The position numbers and the translations under genes were made by a program. A stretch of 64,000 bases of DNA from Dirinaria sp. TL-2023a (taxonomy: Eukaryota): contig JAVEBF010000007.1 in NCBI GenBank assembly GCA_051941275.1, forward strand, positions 1-64,000, written 5' to 3'. How positions within the stretch are numbered: position 1 is the stretch's first letter; the number at the start of each line of letters is the position of its first letter. A model generated the notes under the pieces. That model saw nothing but the letters and a program-made list of their open reading frames with translations. It had not been told where the DNA came from and ran no database searches. This document shows, piece after piece, positions 28,741 to 42,235 of the stretch.

Positions 28741-30504
28741 ATGATGAAAGATCTAAGAACTGAAAGCTGCCTAACAAAGCATGAAAGGCGGAGACGCGAC
28801 GAAACAAGCCTTGATACCAACGCGAGTGTCGACGGCACGAGAGACCGTGTCTCTAGGGACGGGAGAAGCGATGCAAAGAGGGCAAAAAGGCAGGCGAAAT
28901 TGTCGGGTGAGCATCATGGAGGTGTCAGTCCAAAAGAGCGGAACATTGAAGAGCTGGAGAAGACGAATAAATCTGCTATCAAAGCGGCGCGAAAAGCCGA
29001 GAAGGCACGGGTGAAAGCTGCCAGGAAGGGAGAAGAAGCTGGGAGAAAAACCGCCAAACCAGTCCATAAGCCTGCGGAGGGCGTGGTCGATGACGGACAG
29101 GCACAAGGGCCCAAGCCTGCCTATTGCGAAGATCCGTCTCTCACGGCATTGCCTCAGTCCAGCGTGGATTCCTTCCTTTCCGAGAACTTCATCAACATCC
29201 ATGATCCTTCGCATTCACCTATCCTTCGGCCAATCATGAGGTTCTCACAGCTCCCGAGAGCTGCTACTTCCTCGGACTCTTTCTTCGCCACTTTCAAGAA
29301 CCCTACACCCATTCAATCTGCTGCTTGGCCTTTTCTCCTTTCTGGCCGCGATGTAGTCGGTGTCGCAGAGACTGGTTCTGGCAAGACGTTGGCATTCGGT
29401 ATACCTTGCGTGCGCTCAGTCGCCAAGCCGTTTCGCTTTTCGAAAAGTGAGTCTCCCGCAAGAGCAGTCATCGTCTCTCCAACCCGTGAGCTTGCCGTCC
29501 AAATCCACACACAGATCGAACAGCTGTCAAAACCAACCTTTTTATCTACTGCCTGCGTATATGGTGGTGTGCCAAAAGATCAGCAGCGTGAGGCTCTGAA
29601 GACCGCACATATTGTCGTCGCTACACCTGGCCGGCTCAACGATCTCATAAACGAGGGTGCTGCAGATCTCAGCTCCGTCAACTACCTCGTCCTAGACGAG
29701 GCAGATCGCATGCTAGACAAAGGTTTTGAAGAAGAAATCCGTAAGATCATCTCCGCCACAGCGGCACAAGGGAGGCAGACGCTCATGTTCACGGCGACCT
29801 GGCCACCTTCCGTCAGAGAACTAGCCTCTACATTCATGACCCAGCCTGTCCACATCTCCATTGGTGCGGACAACCCGACCGGCGAACTTCGCGCCAACAC
29901 CAAGATTCGGCAAATCGTTGAAGTCGTCGACTTTCGAAGCAAGGAGGAGCGTCTCCTCCAAATCCTCAAGCAGCATCAAGGCGCCGCTCGAACCGAAAAC
30001 GACCGTATCCTCGTATTCTGTCTTTACAAAAAGGAAGCTGCTCGCGTAGAGCGTTTCCTCCGGCAGCGCAGTCTCAACGTAACCGGAATCCACGGTGACA
30101 TGGCGCAATCCGCCCGCCAGCGTAGCCTCGACAGCTTCAGAAGCGGTACTTGCCCTCTACTTGTCGCCACCGATGTCGCCGCTCGCGGTCTGGATATCCC
30201 GTCTGTGAAATTAGTTGTGAACGTCACCTTCCCTTTAACCGTCGAAGACTACGTCCATCGCATTGGACGCACTGGGAGAGCGGGTGCGGAGGGTTTAGCG
30301 ATTACTCTGTTCACAGAGCATGATAAAGCTCAATCGGGTTCGCTGATTAACGTATTGAGAGCGGCGGGCCAGGAGGTGCCAGAGCAGCTGTTGAGGTTTG
30401 GAACGACAGTAAAGAAGAAGGGACATGAAGTTTATGGTGGCTTTTACAGGGATATGGACGCGGGGGAAAAGAAAAAGGGAACAAAGATTAGATTCGATGA
30501 CTAA
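28741..30504 (+). CDS. DBP3: ATP-dependent DEAD-box RNA helicase (rRNA processing)
   Basis: Q motif [31 protein letters not shown]; characteristic C-terminus [14 protein letters not shown]...KIRFDD; Lys-rich N-terminus. Exact start uncertain. Confidence 0.93.
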   Translation: MMKDLRTESCLTKHERRRRDETSLDTNASVDGTRDRVSRDGRSDAKRAKRQAKLSGEHHGGVSPKERNIEELEKTNKSAIKAARKAEKARVKAARKGEEAGRKTAKPVHKPAEGVVDDGQAQGPKPAYCEDPSLTALPQSSVDSFLSENFINIHDPSHSPILRPIMRFSQLPRAATSSDSFFATFKNPTPIQSAAWPFLLSGRDVVGVAETGSGKTLAFGIPCVRSVAKPFRFSKSESPARAVIVSPTRELAVQIHTQIEQLSKPTFLSTACVYGGVPKDQQREALKTAHIVVATPGRLNDLINEGAADLSSVNYLVLDEADRMLDKGFEEEIRKIISATAAQGRQTLMFTATWPPSVRELASTFMTQPVHISIGADNPTGELRANTKIRQIVEVVDFRSKEERLLQILKQHQGAARTENDRILVFCLYKKEAARVERFLRQRSLNVTGIHGDMAQSARQRSLDSFRSGTCPLLVATDVAARGLDIPSVKLVVNVTFPLTVEDYVHRIGRTGRAGAEGLAITLFTEHDKAQSGSLINVLRAAGQEVPEQLLRFGTTVKKKGHEVYGGFYRDMDAGEKKKGTKIRFDD

Positions 30505-31268
30505 CGAGTTATGTTCACCCTCTATGTAGACAACCTCGGCGAATTCTAGAAAATATTCCAGCCTTACACTTATTGCCCGCTTCGTATGTTAGATACGAGA
30601 GGTCGACAAATTTAACAGAACGGCCATTCGGTTGATGCTTAGGCTATTGACGTATTTGTCTACTTTTCTTACTCAAAGACACAAATCATGACAGTAAAAA
30701 TTGTAACGGCAGTGCATCATCGCCGAGCGACCCATCAATAGAGAGTGAATGTTTGATGTATGCCAGTCCTCTCCGTCTACCTCCATCTCAACGAGATTCA
30801 CGGCTCTTCTCAACATAGCTCCTCTAGCAGCCCAATTGGCGTCCCGGCCAAAATTTCGCAAGCATCGTCCTGTCTTATAGCAGCAGCGATATCCACGTGA
30901 AAATTGGCCGAGCAATGGGCCAATGCTTAATCACTATATAATCAGGGCAACGAAGCAAACAAGCAAGAAGTGCAGTGGCAGAGTTGGAGGAAATGCTTGG
31001 GTAGAAGTATGAAAGATGCGAAGATAATTGTTTGGAAGAGTGCGGAGGTGAAGGCCAGTGAAGCATTGGTTTAATGAGAATCGCTTGTATGTTGTACAGG
31101 TGTACAAGCTATCAGTCTGGAACGGTTCGAAGTTCTTTATGCAACTGCTGCCCATTGAACAACATATTAGACAAGATTTTTATTACCCAAGGACAGATGA
31201 GACTTACCAAAGTTTTCATTCGATCTGTATCACCTCAATACTGTGTGAAAGCCAGTATTTTATCGAGA

Positions 31269-31420
31269 ATGAAGGCAATCGTCATTGATCAGTTCGGACC
31301 ACCCGATGTTCTCGGCTTGAGAGTCACGCCTGGGCTCCAGTGTAAGCCAGATCATGTCAAAGTGCTGTTCAAGGCCTTCGGCTTGGACCCAAAGTTGGAC
31401 TACTGGGGGTTGGGATGAGA
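31269..31420 (+). pseudogene. N-terminal remnant of an MDR/quinone-oxidoreductase-like alcohol dehydrogenase
   Basis: MKAIVIDQFGPPDVL...HVKVLFKAFGLDP resembles the GroES-like MDR N-terminus, then stops with no continuation found. Confidence 0.5.
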
Positions 31421-32807
31421 AGATCGAATCCTGGCGGCTATACAATGTATACCTACGTCCTGACGTTGAATATCATCTCTTTGAAGTCGTCTTTGTCCTA
31501 GCAGCTTCTTATTTTGCCAAAGACCTATGCTACGACATGGACATCCTTATTTGGGATCCTAGAGATTCAACGCGGCCAAAGTCCACTAATCCGCGACCTG
31601 TTTCTGCTCTGTGTTAAGCTGTAATCGGATTTCGCCGTGGATGCCGAAGCAACAGTCACAGCCACGACACGAGTAGAGCGCTTCCAGGAATTTGAAGAGA
31701 TGAGTGCGAGCATAACGGATTCGGAGGGCCTAGAACTGATCTCAAAGCATACCTCTTGAACTAGCCGAGGCATGGATTTCAGCGCAGGCTTGAATCTAGT
31801 TGGGATGAGTGTGCTTCTAAAAACGCTCACAGAGATCCGTCGAGGAGGCCGTCCAGATGGATATCTAGGAGGATTCGAGCCAGTCGTAGCCTCTAATCCA
31901 ATGCTTCATATGGCCATCTGGATTCATTAAGCTTATTCCATGGCAAGATGCCAAGGGTCCCCAGTGATCGGCTTTCCAAAGCACCCTTGAAGGAAAAAGC
32001 GAAATATATCAAAAATGGAGATTGGGAATGAAAGCCTTCATGTATTTCTCGTTTTGGAAATATTTGGGAGGTCTGTAAGCTCCGAGACTTAGGCAAAGCA
32101 AACAGAAAGATTGTTGCTCGAATATAGATTACGAGTCAATGTACCTTATACGTACGGTACCTGGTTGTGGCTCGTGAACTACTATCCTTCATTGAAGAAA
32201 GCACCGCGGCTCGCAGTCAGGTCATCAAAAGCCAGCTGAAACATGAAAACTGGCTGGGATTACTCAGTAATTGGTCATTCGTTTTGAAATGTCAGCTCGT
32301 TCTACACTGATCAAGATTCAGTCTTGCTCGTGTAGACTGAGCCCAGAGTGAGAGTTTAGATGTCATGGTGATATTATTGCAAGCACGAGCGGCTGACAAG
32401 CCCAAAATGAAACGAGAATCTTTGTAACAGTTGCAGATCTGATTCCGAGGAATTGATCGCTGAAGGAAGGTGACATGTTCTAGGTGACCCCAGCATCGAC
32501 GTTTTACCCATCTTTCAGCCAGCGTATTTCCGGGTCTCGATTCTCTCCGTATTTACAATCTTTTCTCAAATCGTTGTACAAGAGTCGGTTACAGGACTTT
32601 CGCGAGTAGGAAGAGGCTCTTCTTTCGCGAATTAATTTGTCGTGATAAACAACAACAGTGGTGTCACATTATATGCTTCAGCGTTATTGGTAGCTTCCGA
32701 AAATCTCTTAGTCCAGATGCGGGATAGCGGTTTTTCCAGACCCGTCCTTCCCCGCAAATGACCCCACACTAGAAAGTGATTGATTTACGCACTGACAACT
32801 CGATTTC

Positions 32808-32828
32808 TTTATCAGATCATCTGATAAA
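32808..32828. promoter_or_regulatory. Paired SreA-type GATA boxes (perfect inverted repeat TTTATCAGAT-C-ATCTGATAAA)
   Basis: Two ATCWGATAA matches back to back, about 270 nt upstream of the Zn2Cys6 gene. Confidence 0.75.
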
Positions 32829-33030
32829 CTCTGCTCTGCTCATTTTTTTACAGCATTATAGCCATCTCAGACGCGATTAGACTCTTTTGCCCCTATTTTG
32901 CTTTATACGATAAGAGCGGACTGATACACCAGTGGGCCGAGGTTGTTGCCGCCAAGTTCGTCCGTGTTGGCTCACTATTCTCGGTGCGGGTCCCACGATC
33001 CGAAACCGGCGTTGGGAGGGGAAATCTAAC

Positions 33031-33040
33031 TTTATCAGAT
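33031..33040 (-). promoter_or_regulatory. SreA-type GATA box
   Basis: TTTATCAGAT (reverse complement ATCTGATAAA) about 55 nt upstream of the TF ATG. Confidence 0.6.
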
Positions 33041-33093
33041 CGTTTGATCAATCTAGCCGCAGGAAATTACGCAGACCATTGCGGACCTGCTGA

Positions 33094-35497
33094 ATGTCCC
33101 CCTCTACAAGCTCGGAGTTCCGGGGAAGGGGGCTATCTCTCCATGGAGGCATTCGAAGAAAACGGATTGTACTTTCATGTTTGGCGTGCAAAAGGCGCAA
33201 AGTGAAGTGCGATCGAAGGGCACCGATCTGCACACGATGCATGGAGGGTGGCTATCCAGATCAATGCAGGTACGACGAGCGGGTGTCCACGGCCGATGAC
33301 GATAGCCGCGAGTCGCACAGTCATTCTCCTATCTCTGTGCACCATAATGCTTCAGATATTTACGCACACCAGCCAACGGGAGATGGCTCGCTCGCAGTGG
33401 CTGATACTGCAAATCCCGGCATGCGTCAGGTAACCCATCCCGAGGCTAGAATGAGATATACCTCCAATGCGCCTGGAAATCTCCCTGTGACGCCGATTTC
33501 GACGAGTAACAGCATATTTGTTACTGATGGCAGTCACAGTACTGCATCGGCAGAAGCTTCCACGAATCGCCCTTTAATCCAAGGAGCAAGCTTCAAGACG
33601 CAGTTCCACGGGGTAAGCCATTCCGTCAATATCATCGGCTACTTTGATGGGTTGCGTGGGTTTTTGAAGAGAACCGCCTCCAATCATCCCGTGCTTGGAG
33701 CACACAGATGGGCCGTGCAGACCCTCTCCAAGCGTCGCCAGCTTCCTGCTGTCCCACCAGAACAGCCTGAGGAGGTGCTGAAACGACTATTGCCATGTGA
33801 GCAGCTGTGTCGCCCGTTGATGATCTCGTATTTCAAACACTTCGAGGGCATGCTTAGGATCATCCACGGTCCTAGTTTTTGGCGCCGGTACGATGCTTAT
33901 TGGGCGGGAGGCGTTGAAAATTCCGCGCCGTTCGTTGCGCTTCTGCTAGCTGCCATATCTTGCAGCAGGTGCTTGTTTGTGGACAATCCAATCTCCTTTG
34001 ACGGAGATAGCTCCACTGCTCGGGCAGAAGCAGTTCAGTGGGTATGTGCTGTGGAGACATGGCACGACCGGCAGAGTTCGAAGCACACGACTGTGGAGAT
34101 ATTCCAGATCAAATGTCTATTGCTGTTGGCGAAAAAGCTCAATGCCATCAAAATCAAGCGTCTTTACACAGTGTCGCAGACTCTGCTCGCGAGTGCGATC
34201 TCTGTAGGCCTTCACCGGAGCCCTACCAGTCTCGGCGTGAGAGCGTCCATTTACGAAAAGGAGATGCGCAGAAGGCTGTGGGCGACAGTAGCCGAGCTTG
34301 ACTTGGCAGAAAGCATCGAGCGAGGAGTACCATCTATGGTAGCTAACCTGCACTCGGACATTGAGCCTCCTGGCAACTTTCGAGATGAGGATTTTGATGA
34401 AAATTCCACCGATGAGCCACAGCACGCCGACAAGCTCACTCTATCATCTATCGCTCGATATGCCCATGGTCTCAGGCCACTGCGGCACAGCATCAACAAT
34501 CTTGTCAACAATCCCGAGAAGCACAAAACCTTGGATTCTACGGAGTTGAACTCTTACCATGAACAGATTTTCGGCAAGTTCTTTCAGGTCAGGTCTTTAC
34601 AAAAAGAAAGCTCGTTCCCACATCACCGTGATTTGAATCATATAGGGAGCACTTATCTCGAATTGCAGTTACATGAACTTCTGATAATGCTGCACCTGCC
34701 TTTTGCTTTGGGTAAATTTTCAGGTACAACCTCTAGCCACTCGCGGTTTATCTGTAGTGGCTCCGCAAAAAGTGTGATCAGCATCTACACGCGCCTGCGA
34801 GATCAAGGCCTAAGTCAAATGTGCCTGCCGAGAACCAACATTATCCGTGCGACGCTGTGTTTATGCGTGGTCGAGTCGACAGCTATCGGCTATGGTGAGG
34901 GTCTGGATTCGTCCCACGGAGCTACGCTTGCTGATGACTTTGCAGATACCATTTACTCGACCAACTGCGGGGCAAATGAGACAATCCAATTGGTTGATCG
35001 AGCTTTGAATCTTGTCGAGGAGCGGATCCTAGTGTTGGGCGACGGCTTTCGGGGCTTTTGGCTTCTATTTGCTGCGAGTTGCTTCATTGAACCCCATAAA
35101 GATCCCGCGGTCTCTGCTGTGTGGCAGGAGAAGATCATCAATCGCATCATCGTTCTCTGTAGCAAAATATGTCTGTGTCAGGTCGACCGAAGTCGAAATG
35201 GCGACACCGCTGATGCGCTCTTTGCTCGTTACATGAAGCATATTCAGCGGACTTCTGTCTACGCCAAGGTGGACACGAGTGTCACTTCTCGAGATGGTGA
35301 AGCAGCTCTCTTGACTACTGATACCGCGGTATGTCCTTCAAGCAGGTTCCGGTGGTTCTGTCTATGCTATTACTAACAGGACTTGATAGGAGCCAGACCT
35401 CAACAACTTCAATCCTCTTATGGACGGTGTTAGCACCGATGATTGGCTGACTTCAGCTTTGAATGATTTTGGATCTTACGATTGGACGGATACGTAA
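33094..35497 (+). CDS. Zn(II)2Cys6 transcription factor with fungal-specific TF domain
   Basis: CLACKRRKVKCDRRAPICTRC...C; GLHRSP...EMRRRLW; last exon after the GTATGT intron at about 35329 ends in an acidic tail DWTDT*. Confidence 0.93.
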
Positions 35498-36448
35498 TGG
35501 CTTGCCCTGTCGATATAGCAGCCCACGGCTCTTCCAATATGAGTTCGCATTGAAGCAATAAACCTGAAGGAGCTCGGTCTATCATGTGCAGTTAGAATTA
35601 TGGTAGAGCGCATGGGTAGGCTTTCGATAAAATTTATAGACGACCCTTGCGTGGTCAAAAGATATGTTATACGATTACTCGTATGCCATGCCATGTCAAG
35701 CATCGGCACAAAGTTGGCAGTGTGCAAATCCCAGGCACGCAAGCGGCCTTTGACAGAAACTTACCAACGAAACGTCGATGGACTAGAACGAGCAGTCATG
35801 ATCAAATCGACAAAACATCGAAGCTGTGTTAAGCAGAGTATGAGTATTTGAAGAACGACCACAAACCTAAATTAATACTCTGATCGGTCAGTCAAGGAAT
35901 ATCAGCATAAATCTGTCAAAGACATGGTATATCAAATTTGGGGTAGGATACTATGGCTTTTCTCAGGAAGATAAAAAGATTTAAAAACCTTTATAAAAAA
36001 GGGTTAAATGATACCAGGAGTTCAACCCCACAACTCAAGTATAGGTTGTATCTTGTAGGGCAGTGTACGAGAAGCAGAAGGCGCTAAAGCGTGCACGCGA
36101 GACGGAACGGTCTGGAAGAGCGTGGTTACGTGATACTAATCGTATATCAGATCGCAGGTATCGAAAAGACCTCTGACTATAACGAAAAGCTGTTATGAAT
36201 GTAATCACAACTCTTCTTAGCCGCTGAATCTCAGTTAATTAGAGCGGGGTTTGTCTTGGATTGTGGTCAAGAAGTTAGTTCTTCGATCAGGTATCGCTTA
36301 TTCTGACCCTCTTCGCTAGTGTTGAGAAGCGTGTGCTGACACATCAGCTTTCCTCGACTCGGCTGCGGAGTATGCAATTTTAAGAACATCGCACCCGGAC
36401 AACAACCTACAATCAACAAGCAAGTAGATTTCGTATTCAAGACGCATC

Positions 36449-37809
36449 ATGAGCAACAAAGCTAGTGTATACATATCTATGGGTATGATGATCCTCGCAG
36501 GAGCCTTTACAACGCTTGTCATCAAATACCAGGTTCGTGGATAACCTAGAAAGATAATTATCAGCAATGTTTGATCCGTTCCCTAATTAAATAAACTTGC
36601 TTTTAGGATATTCAATGTGTTCGAAATTGCGCATCAGAAAATCCGTCTGAACGCGAAACTTTCAAGCAGCCATTTTGGCAGACCGAGCAGATGTTTGCAG
36701 GGGAAACGGGATGTTGGCTTGTTGTTGCTCTCTGGTTGGCCTTTTCGCGTGCTAAAATCTTCTTGGAGATCCGCACTGGGAATGCTGGTTCAACCGGTCA
36801 ACCCCTTACTACCGAAAATCGATACTCCCCGGATAGTGATAGGGAACCCTTTGCCCAAAATTATAGCAATGCCGGAGCCTCGAACGCCGAATCTAACGAA
36901 TTATTTCCGTTGGGACTCGAGCAGACCGCTCCACCTCCAAGCTTGTATATATTGGTATTACCTGCTTTGTGCGATATCCTAAGCACGACACTCCTCAACA
37001 TTGGCCTCCTCTTCGTCGTGCCGAGCCTTTTCCAGATGACGCGGGGTATTGTCGCTCTCTTCTCCTGCCTCTTTTCTGTTTGGTTCTTAAAACGTCGTGT
37101 AGAGATGTACAGATGGTTTGGACTCGGTATTGTTGTTCTGGGCATTGCTCTCGCTGGCTTTGCGGGTACTGCACCGCAAAATCAGGCTCAGCCAGGCGTA
37201 CAGACGCTAGGCTCTGCTGGCAGTATTCATGAAGCTGTCAGCGGTGATGCCGCGCCCGCCAGGAGAGCTTGGTTTGGCATTGCCGTCATCTCGGTCGCGC
37301 AAATTTTCGCAGCTGGCCAATTTGTCATCGAAGAGGCTGTCATGTCACGCTATTCCATCAAGCCTCTTGAGCTTGTCGGCTGGGAGGGCATTGCCGGCTT
37401 GACCGTCATCCTCATCGGCCAGCTGATCGCTCAGGTAATCTACGGATCCACCGACGCGGGGCGTGGTAGCTTTCTCGACCTGCGCCAGGGGTGGTGGGAG
37501 ATATCACATCATAAATCGGTCTGGACAGCCGGCCTAATCATTATGTTCTGTACTGGAGTGTTCAACTATTTTGCTTTGACTGTCACGCGGTCCGTCAGCG
37601 CGACAAGCCGATGTACCACTGACAATTTTCGTACACTTCTTATCTGGATAGTAAGTCTAAGTCTGGGCTGGGAAAGTTTTCACTTGCTACAATTGGTTGG
37701 CTTCATGGGACTCGTCTACGGGAATCTATTGTTCAACGAAGTCGTACGACCACCGACACTGGATGCTCGAAGACTACGCCAAAGGTTTACATTGATTCGA
37801 CGCGGTTGA
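36449..37809 (+). CDS. SLC35F6-like drug/metabolite (DMT) transporter
   Basis: MSNKASVY...IKYQ|DIQCVRNC...FKQPFWQTEQMFAGE; PALCDI; QMTRG; VGWEG; SATSRCTTD...RTL. Confidence 0.85.
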
Positions 37810-38740
37810 GCTCGCGCCTAATAGCGTATGGACACAGCCTCTATTGCTCTGCGGACGCTATAAGGGAAACGGTTTCGATAACAAAATCGCAAATACGCAA
37901 TATATTGAATTGGAAATCACTGAACGTCAGGATAATTCTGGGAAGGCCCCTGGGCCACCTGTATACATTGATCGTCGCCTATAGAGCTATCTGACCACAA
38001 GTCTGACTACTACTCACTTGATAGGGTGACCGGAGCGCAATTTCCAACACATTGACCGGTGAAAATCATCCGTAGATGATCAAAACAACAACTCTCTAGC
38101 TGGATGTAACCTGGGAAGTTACCGGAAAAGGGCACCTGGAAGTTCTAGCTCTCTACAAGATGTACCCAGGTTCCGTAAAGTCCATAGGTACTCGTACTTA
38201 GCAAAATAGCCCGTGTCAGCTCGGCCTTGGCGTTGACCCTGCTGGCTACGCCAGTGAGCCACCCTCTAGGGTAAGTGATGCGACTTGCAGCCGATCCGCA
38301 GCTGCCGGTATTTGACTGTTGACGCTGAGATTTTGGGCGGGGATTGGCCTAGCTTCGGCTATCAATGAATTGGTACTCACCCGACGGCTGAAAGCGAACT
38401 AATCTCCGCGGCACGGGGCTACGGAGTACATCGAAGCGAGTTCCTGGACTGCGGAGAAATCTATCACCGTGTTTTGATTAACCAACCTGCATAGTGACGC
38501 TAGAAACTAAACTTGCATTTCTACGAAGCTTACCGACGATTTGCTGCTTAGCGCAACGATCGCCTTGATTGGATCTGGCTAGAATTTACAGTTGATGCGA
38601 ACCTCAGCTCGATCCTCTGTACAAGATGGAAAGCATGTTCAACATTCAATCTCAATAGTGGCCGTAACAGCTTGTTCGTATAAGGAACTACAGGACATCT
38701 CATATTGGTTCTGTAGAGAGCAGGAAGTTCCCTGCGCCGT

Positions 38741-40232
38741 TCAAGCAAAAATGGCTTTACCAGTCATGTTTGGTTGATCCCAGAAACTGGCCAGGATTTT
38801 ACGGTCTCCCTCCCATGCCCAGCGGGCATGCTGTGCAGCGTAATTCTGTGGCAAAGTGTCAGTGTCACATGAGGTAGACCCTGGTGGAACTTACGTCGAC
38901 GATGAGAATGTCGCCTGCGTCCCACTGAACACTGGACTCAAGAGCGTGTTGCCATTTGTCCATCTTCTCAAGCCATTCTCTGGGAATCACTTCGTCCTTT
39001 TCTAAGCCGGCAAACTGTTTTGATCAGCCTCGTGTCGTAAATATCAAAGGATCAGCAATGCCTACATGTGGCGGAACTGCGACACCCGAAGTACCATCCT
39101 CATTCTTGAATGTATGGGGAGGATCGAACGTGTTATTCACAACTGCGTTGGTGTAGCGAGTGGACATTGCCTGATAATGTGTGAGAAGTCGACCTCAAAC
39201 GACGAGCATGATATCATACGTTGAAGACACTTCCCTTCTTCAGCGTCGGATGTTCGCGGATACCTAGAGATATTCAGCCTCCACGTTGAATTCGGGGAGG
39301 TGACGATGTCTACCAGCAACTCGATGGACCACCTCCAAATTGCCATCTTTGTCCCAAGCCCAAGAGAAGCCCCTACGCTGCCAGACAGGTAGGTTGTCAT
39401 CAGACTTGTCAATTCCAGTATGCCATCCACCCCGCTCGGCTAAATCTATGATACGTGCCTCGACGCCCTTACGTTTCTCCTCCTCGGACGTAGGCAGGCT
39501 GGATCCATCTTTGGGTCCGAACGCTGAAGGCTTGTAAAGCCCATTGCCGCCGACAATGCCGCCCACTTGGCCAAGCGTGTGCGGAATCTGGTAAACTAGA
39601 CCTTTGGACCCGCAACCCTCGATGAAACCAGGCACCTCTTTCTTCAGACGGTCGTACAAGGCTAAAGAACTGACAACGGAAGTCTCCCCACCGGACCCGG
39701 GAGGTGTTTGGCAGAAGAGGATGAGATAGCTAGGATGAGCTGGAGACACAGCATATTCGTTGTGCCACCCGATGAAGTGAGATGGGGGGCCTCTGGAATC
39801 TTGTTAGCGGTCTTTTTTGTAATTGGCGGACTTCTTTGCTGTGTACTCATTCGTGTTGAGCACATTTCTCGCATGAGGACGTCTTAAGACCTCCATGCCA
39901 ATGTGCTCATGGGGCACCCAAGCATGCTTCCCTTGCCCTGCTAAGCTGTCTAAAAATTCCGAAAAATCTTCTGCATTCTTGAGCGCTAAGCCCTTCATGT
40001 GAATGACTCCGCCATGAGAATCGAGCAGCTGGCGAATCACACTCTGGCCGTTGGTGTCGAATGGTTGCGCTGCGAGCTTTTTGGCCTCATCATTGATCTC
40101 TGCTTTGGAGTGCTGTTCTCTAGGTTCAATGACAAGTGGAAAGTCTACAGGAGGCTCCGTGGACCCCTCGTTGATCTGCAGTGTCACTTGATAGTCTTTT
40201 TTGGCGATGGACCAGAAAGGTGATACTGTCAT
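38741..40232 (-). CDS. Fe(II)/2-oxoglutarate dioxygenase, TauD/clavaminate-synthase-like
   Basis: GWHNEYA...FCQTPPGSGGET (HxE); WDAGDILIVD|NYAAQHAR (distal His); RKILAS; intact across 5 introns. Confidence 0.9.
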
Positions 40233-40814
40233 TGTGAATGTGTAGATCAGATAGCTGCCTTAATCGAAACAAGATTGAGAAGTATCGAGATCAGGCGCCG
40301 GCTCATTCAGTCTCCCATGGTTGAGAGCAGTGTCACCGTTATATAAGACTTTGGATAGTCACTGATCGGCGATAATTGTGCCCATTTTTCCTGGCGTAAT
40401 TTCATCGCTCAACTCCGAAGGAACGATACTGGAATCGCTAGAAGCACCCAATCATTTCACGTAACATCTTTCGATCCGTAGAATAGCTGCGAAAAAGCCA
40501 TTTACAATATACAATGGAGCATCCCCACGAGATCCGGCAGCTAGTTCTACCTGCCGTCTCTGAGCACAAATGGGAGTCATGTGCCCCCCACGTCTAACTT
40601 TCACGGCCCAGAGATGATGAAATGCAGGGATTATGCGGGGTTGTTTCTGCTCCCTCGGTGACAATGGCGGATTTGTTTTTACTCGTTGCTCGGGCTCATT
40701 CGCTTCGCAGAAGTTTAGTCCATGCATTTCAAAGTTCTCGGCCGTCAATGGCATTTTCTGTACTTCCAAAGAAAATGCCGAACTGCAATCCACTGAAGAG
40801 ATTTTTGAGCAAAT

Positions 40815-41798
40815 ATGATAGACACGAAGGATTATAATGCGCTGGATTTGGCTCAGCCGACCGACTTTAAGTCGATGTTACGAAAGTCTGGAGAACTACT
40901 CTGGGGAACCGCATGCCGAATCCCACACGGTGAAGCCGCTAGGATTGTGGCTACCCTGCCACATCACTTTTGCTTCATTGATGGCGTAAGCTGTGGAAAA
41001 TTATCAAAGCTGCTTTTGAAACTGACTAGTACGATGAATAGGAGCATTGTCCCCTAAGTCCAGAGCTTCTTGTCAACATTATCAGAGCCATACAATACCA
41101 CTCCAACGGCTCAATGGTCCCTTACGTACGGCTACCCCCGCGCTCGCCAGACTTCGTCAATTATGTTCTCAATGCTGGCGCTGGAGGCATTGTTATGCCC
41201 CACGTCCAGAACGTTGCGCAGGCAGAAGCTTTTGTACGGATGGCAAAATTCCCACCCTTGGGCGACCGAAGCTACCCTCCAATGGCATTATTCGGAAGGC
41301 AAACGAGAACAAAACTTGGAAAAACCGTGTATGACGTATGGAATGAGCATGCTGCACTTTTCTGTCAGATAGAAGACGTTGAGGGCGTCAAAAACGTGGA
41401 AGATATTGCCAAGGTCCCTGGAGGTTGGTGACAAATCTCGAGATCAAAGAGTCGCTTGCCACTAGACTCTAATGCCTTGACTAGTGGATGCTCTGATGGT
41501 CGGCGCTGGGGACCTTCGATGTTCGCTTGGTCTCGAAGTTGGAAGCCAGGATGGCGATGAACCAAGCTTCCAAGCAGCGCTACACAAAATCCAGGCAGCT
41601 GCCACTGCAAATGGACTTGCTGTGCTTGGCTTCGCTATGACGCCAGAGATACTCAGACGACGGGTGGAGTTGGGCTGGAAGGCTTTCATCGTACATTCAG
41701 ATGTGTCCGGAATCTTCAACTCGGGAACGCAGAGCTTTCGCTCAAATGTCGAATTAGCGGAATCTGTAAGAATCTGCCCGCAGGAAGACGAATCGTAG
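40815..41798 (+). CDS. HpcH/HpaI-family class II aldolase/citrate lyase-like protein
   Basis: FCFIDG|EH; YVRLP; LNAGAGGIVMPHV; FPPLGDRS; QIED; VGAGDLRCSLG. Confidence 0.9.
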
Positions 41799-42235
41799 AA
41801 GCGAATTTTACAGGCTAGCTGTACTAAAGCATCTCAAGATCGACTAGAAATGAATTTCATATTGTACTCAGACACGCACTGTGTCTTTTCTGAGACACTG
41901 CAACTTACATCTTCCAACCCCAGAAGTGAGTGTCTTTCCAGCTATAAGACTAAACCACCTGTTAGAGTGGTTAGCTCAATGACCATCGCCGCGCCCGCTT
42001 GCGAACTATGCGACACCCTTCGGCTTTCTACGGTCGCGTTTGGTTGGCCAGACTAAGCACCGGCTAGCTATGCCTAGAAGCCCGCAGGAAAAGTACTTTT
42101 CGCTGCATTGTAGCCAGGAGTCCTGGAAGAATGGCTTTAAGTCCGAGAAAAGCCACATGTTAATTGATTCCTAGCCAAGGTTCTACATCCCTCTGCTATC
42201 ATACTTTAATCTCACCTCCTTCTCGGATTTGAAAG

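Noticed and set aside
28741..30504. DBP3 as a self-resistance gene for either cluster
   Set aside because: Canonical motifs, no second copy visible, and separated from both clusters by decayed DNA; most simply a housekeeping neighbour
36143..36153. TATATCAGATC upstream of the SLC35F6-like gene as an SreA box
   Set aside because: One mismatch in the GATAA core; not counted
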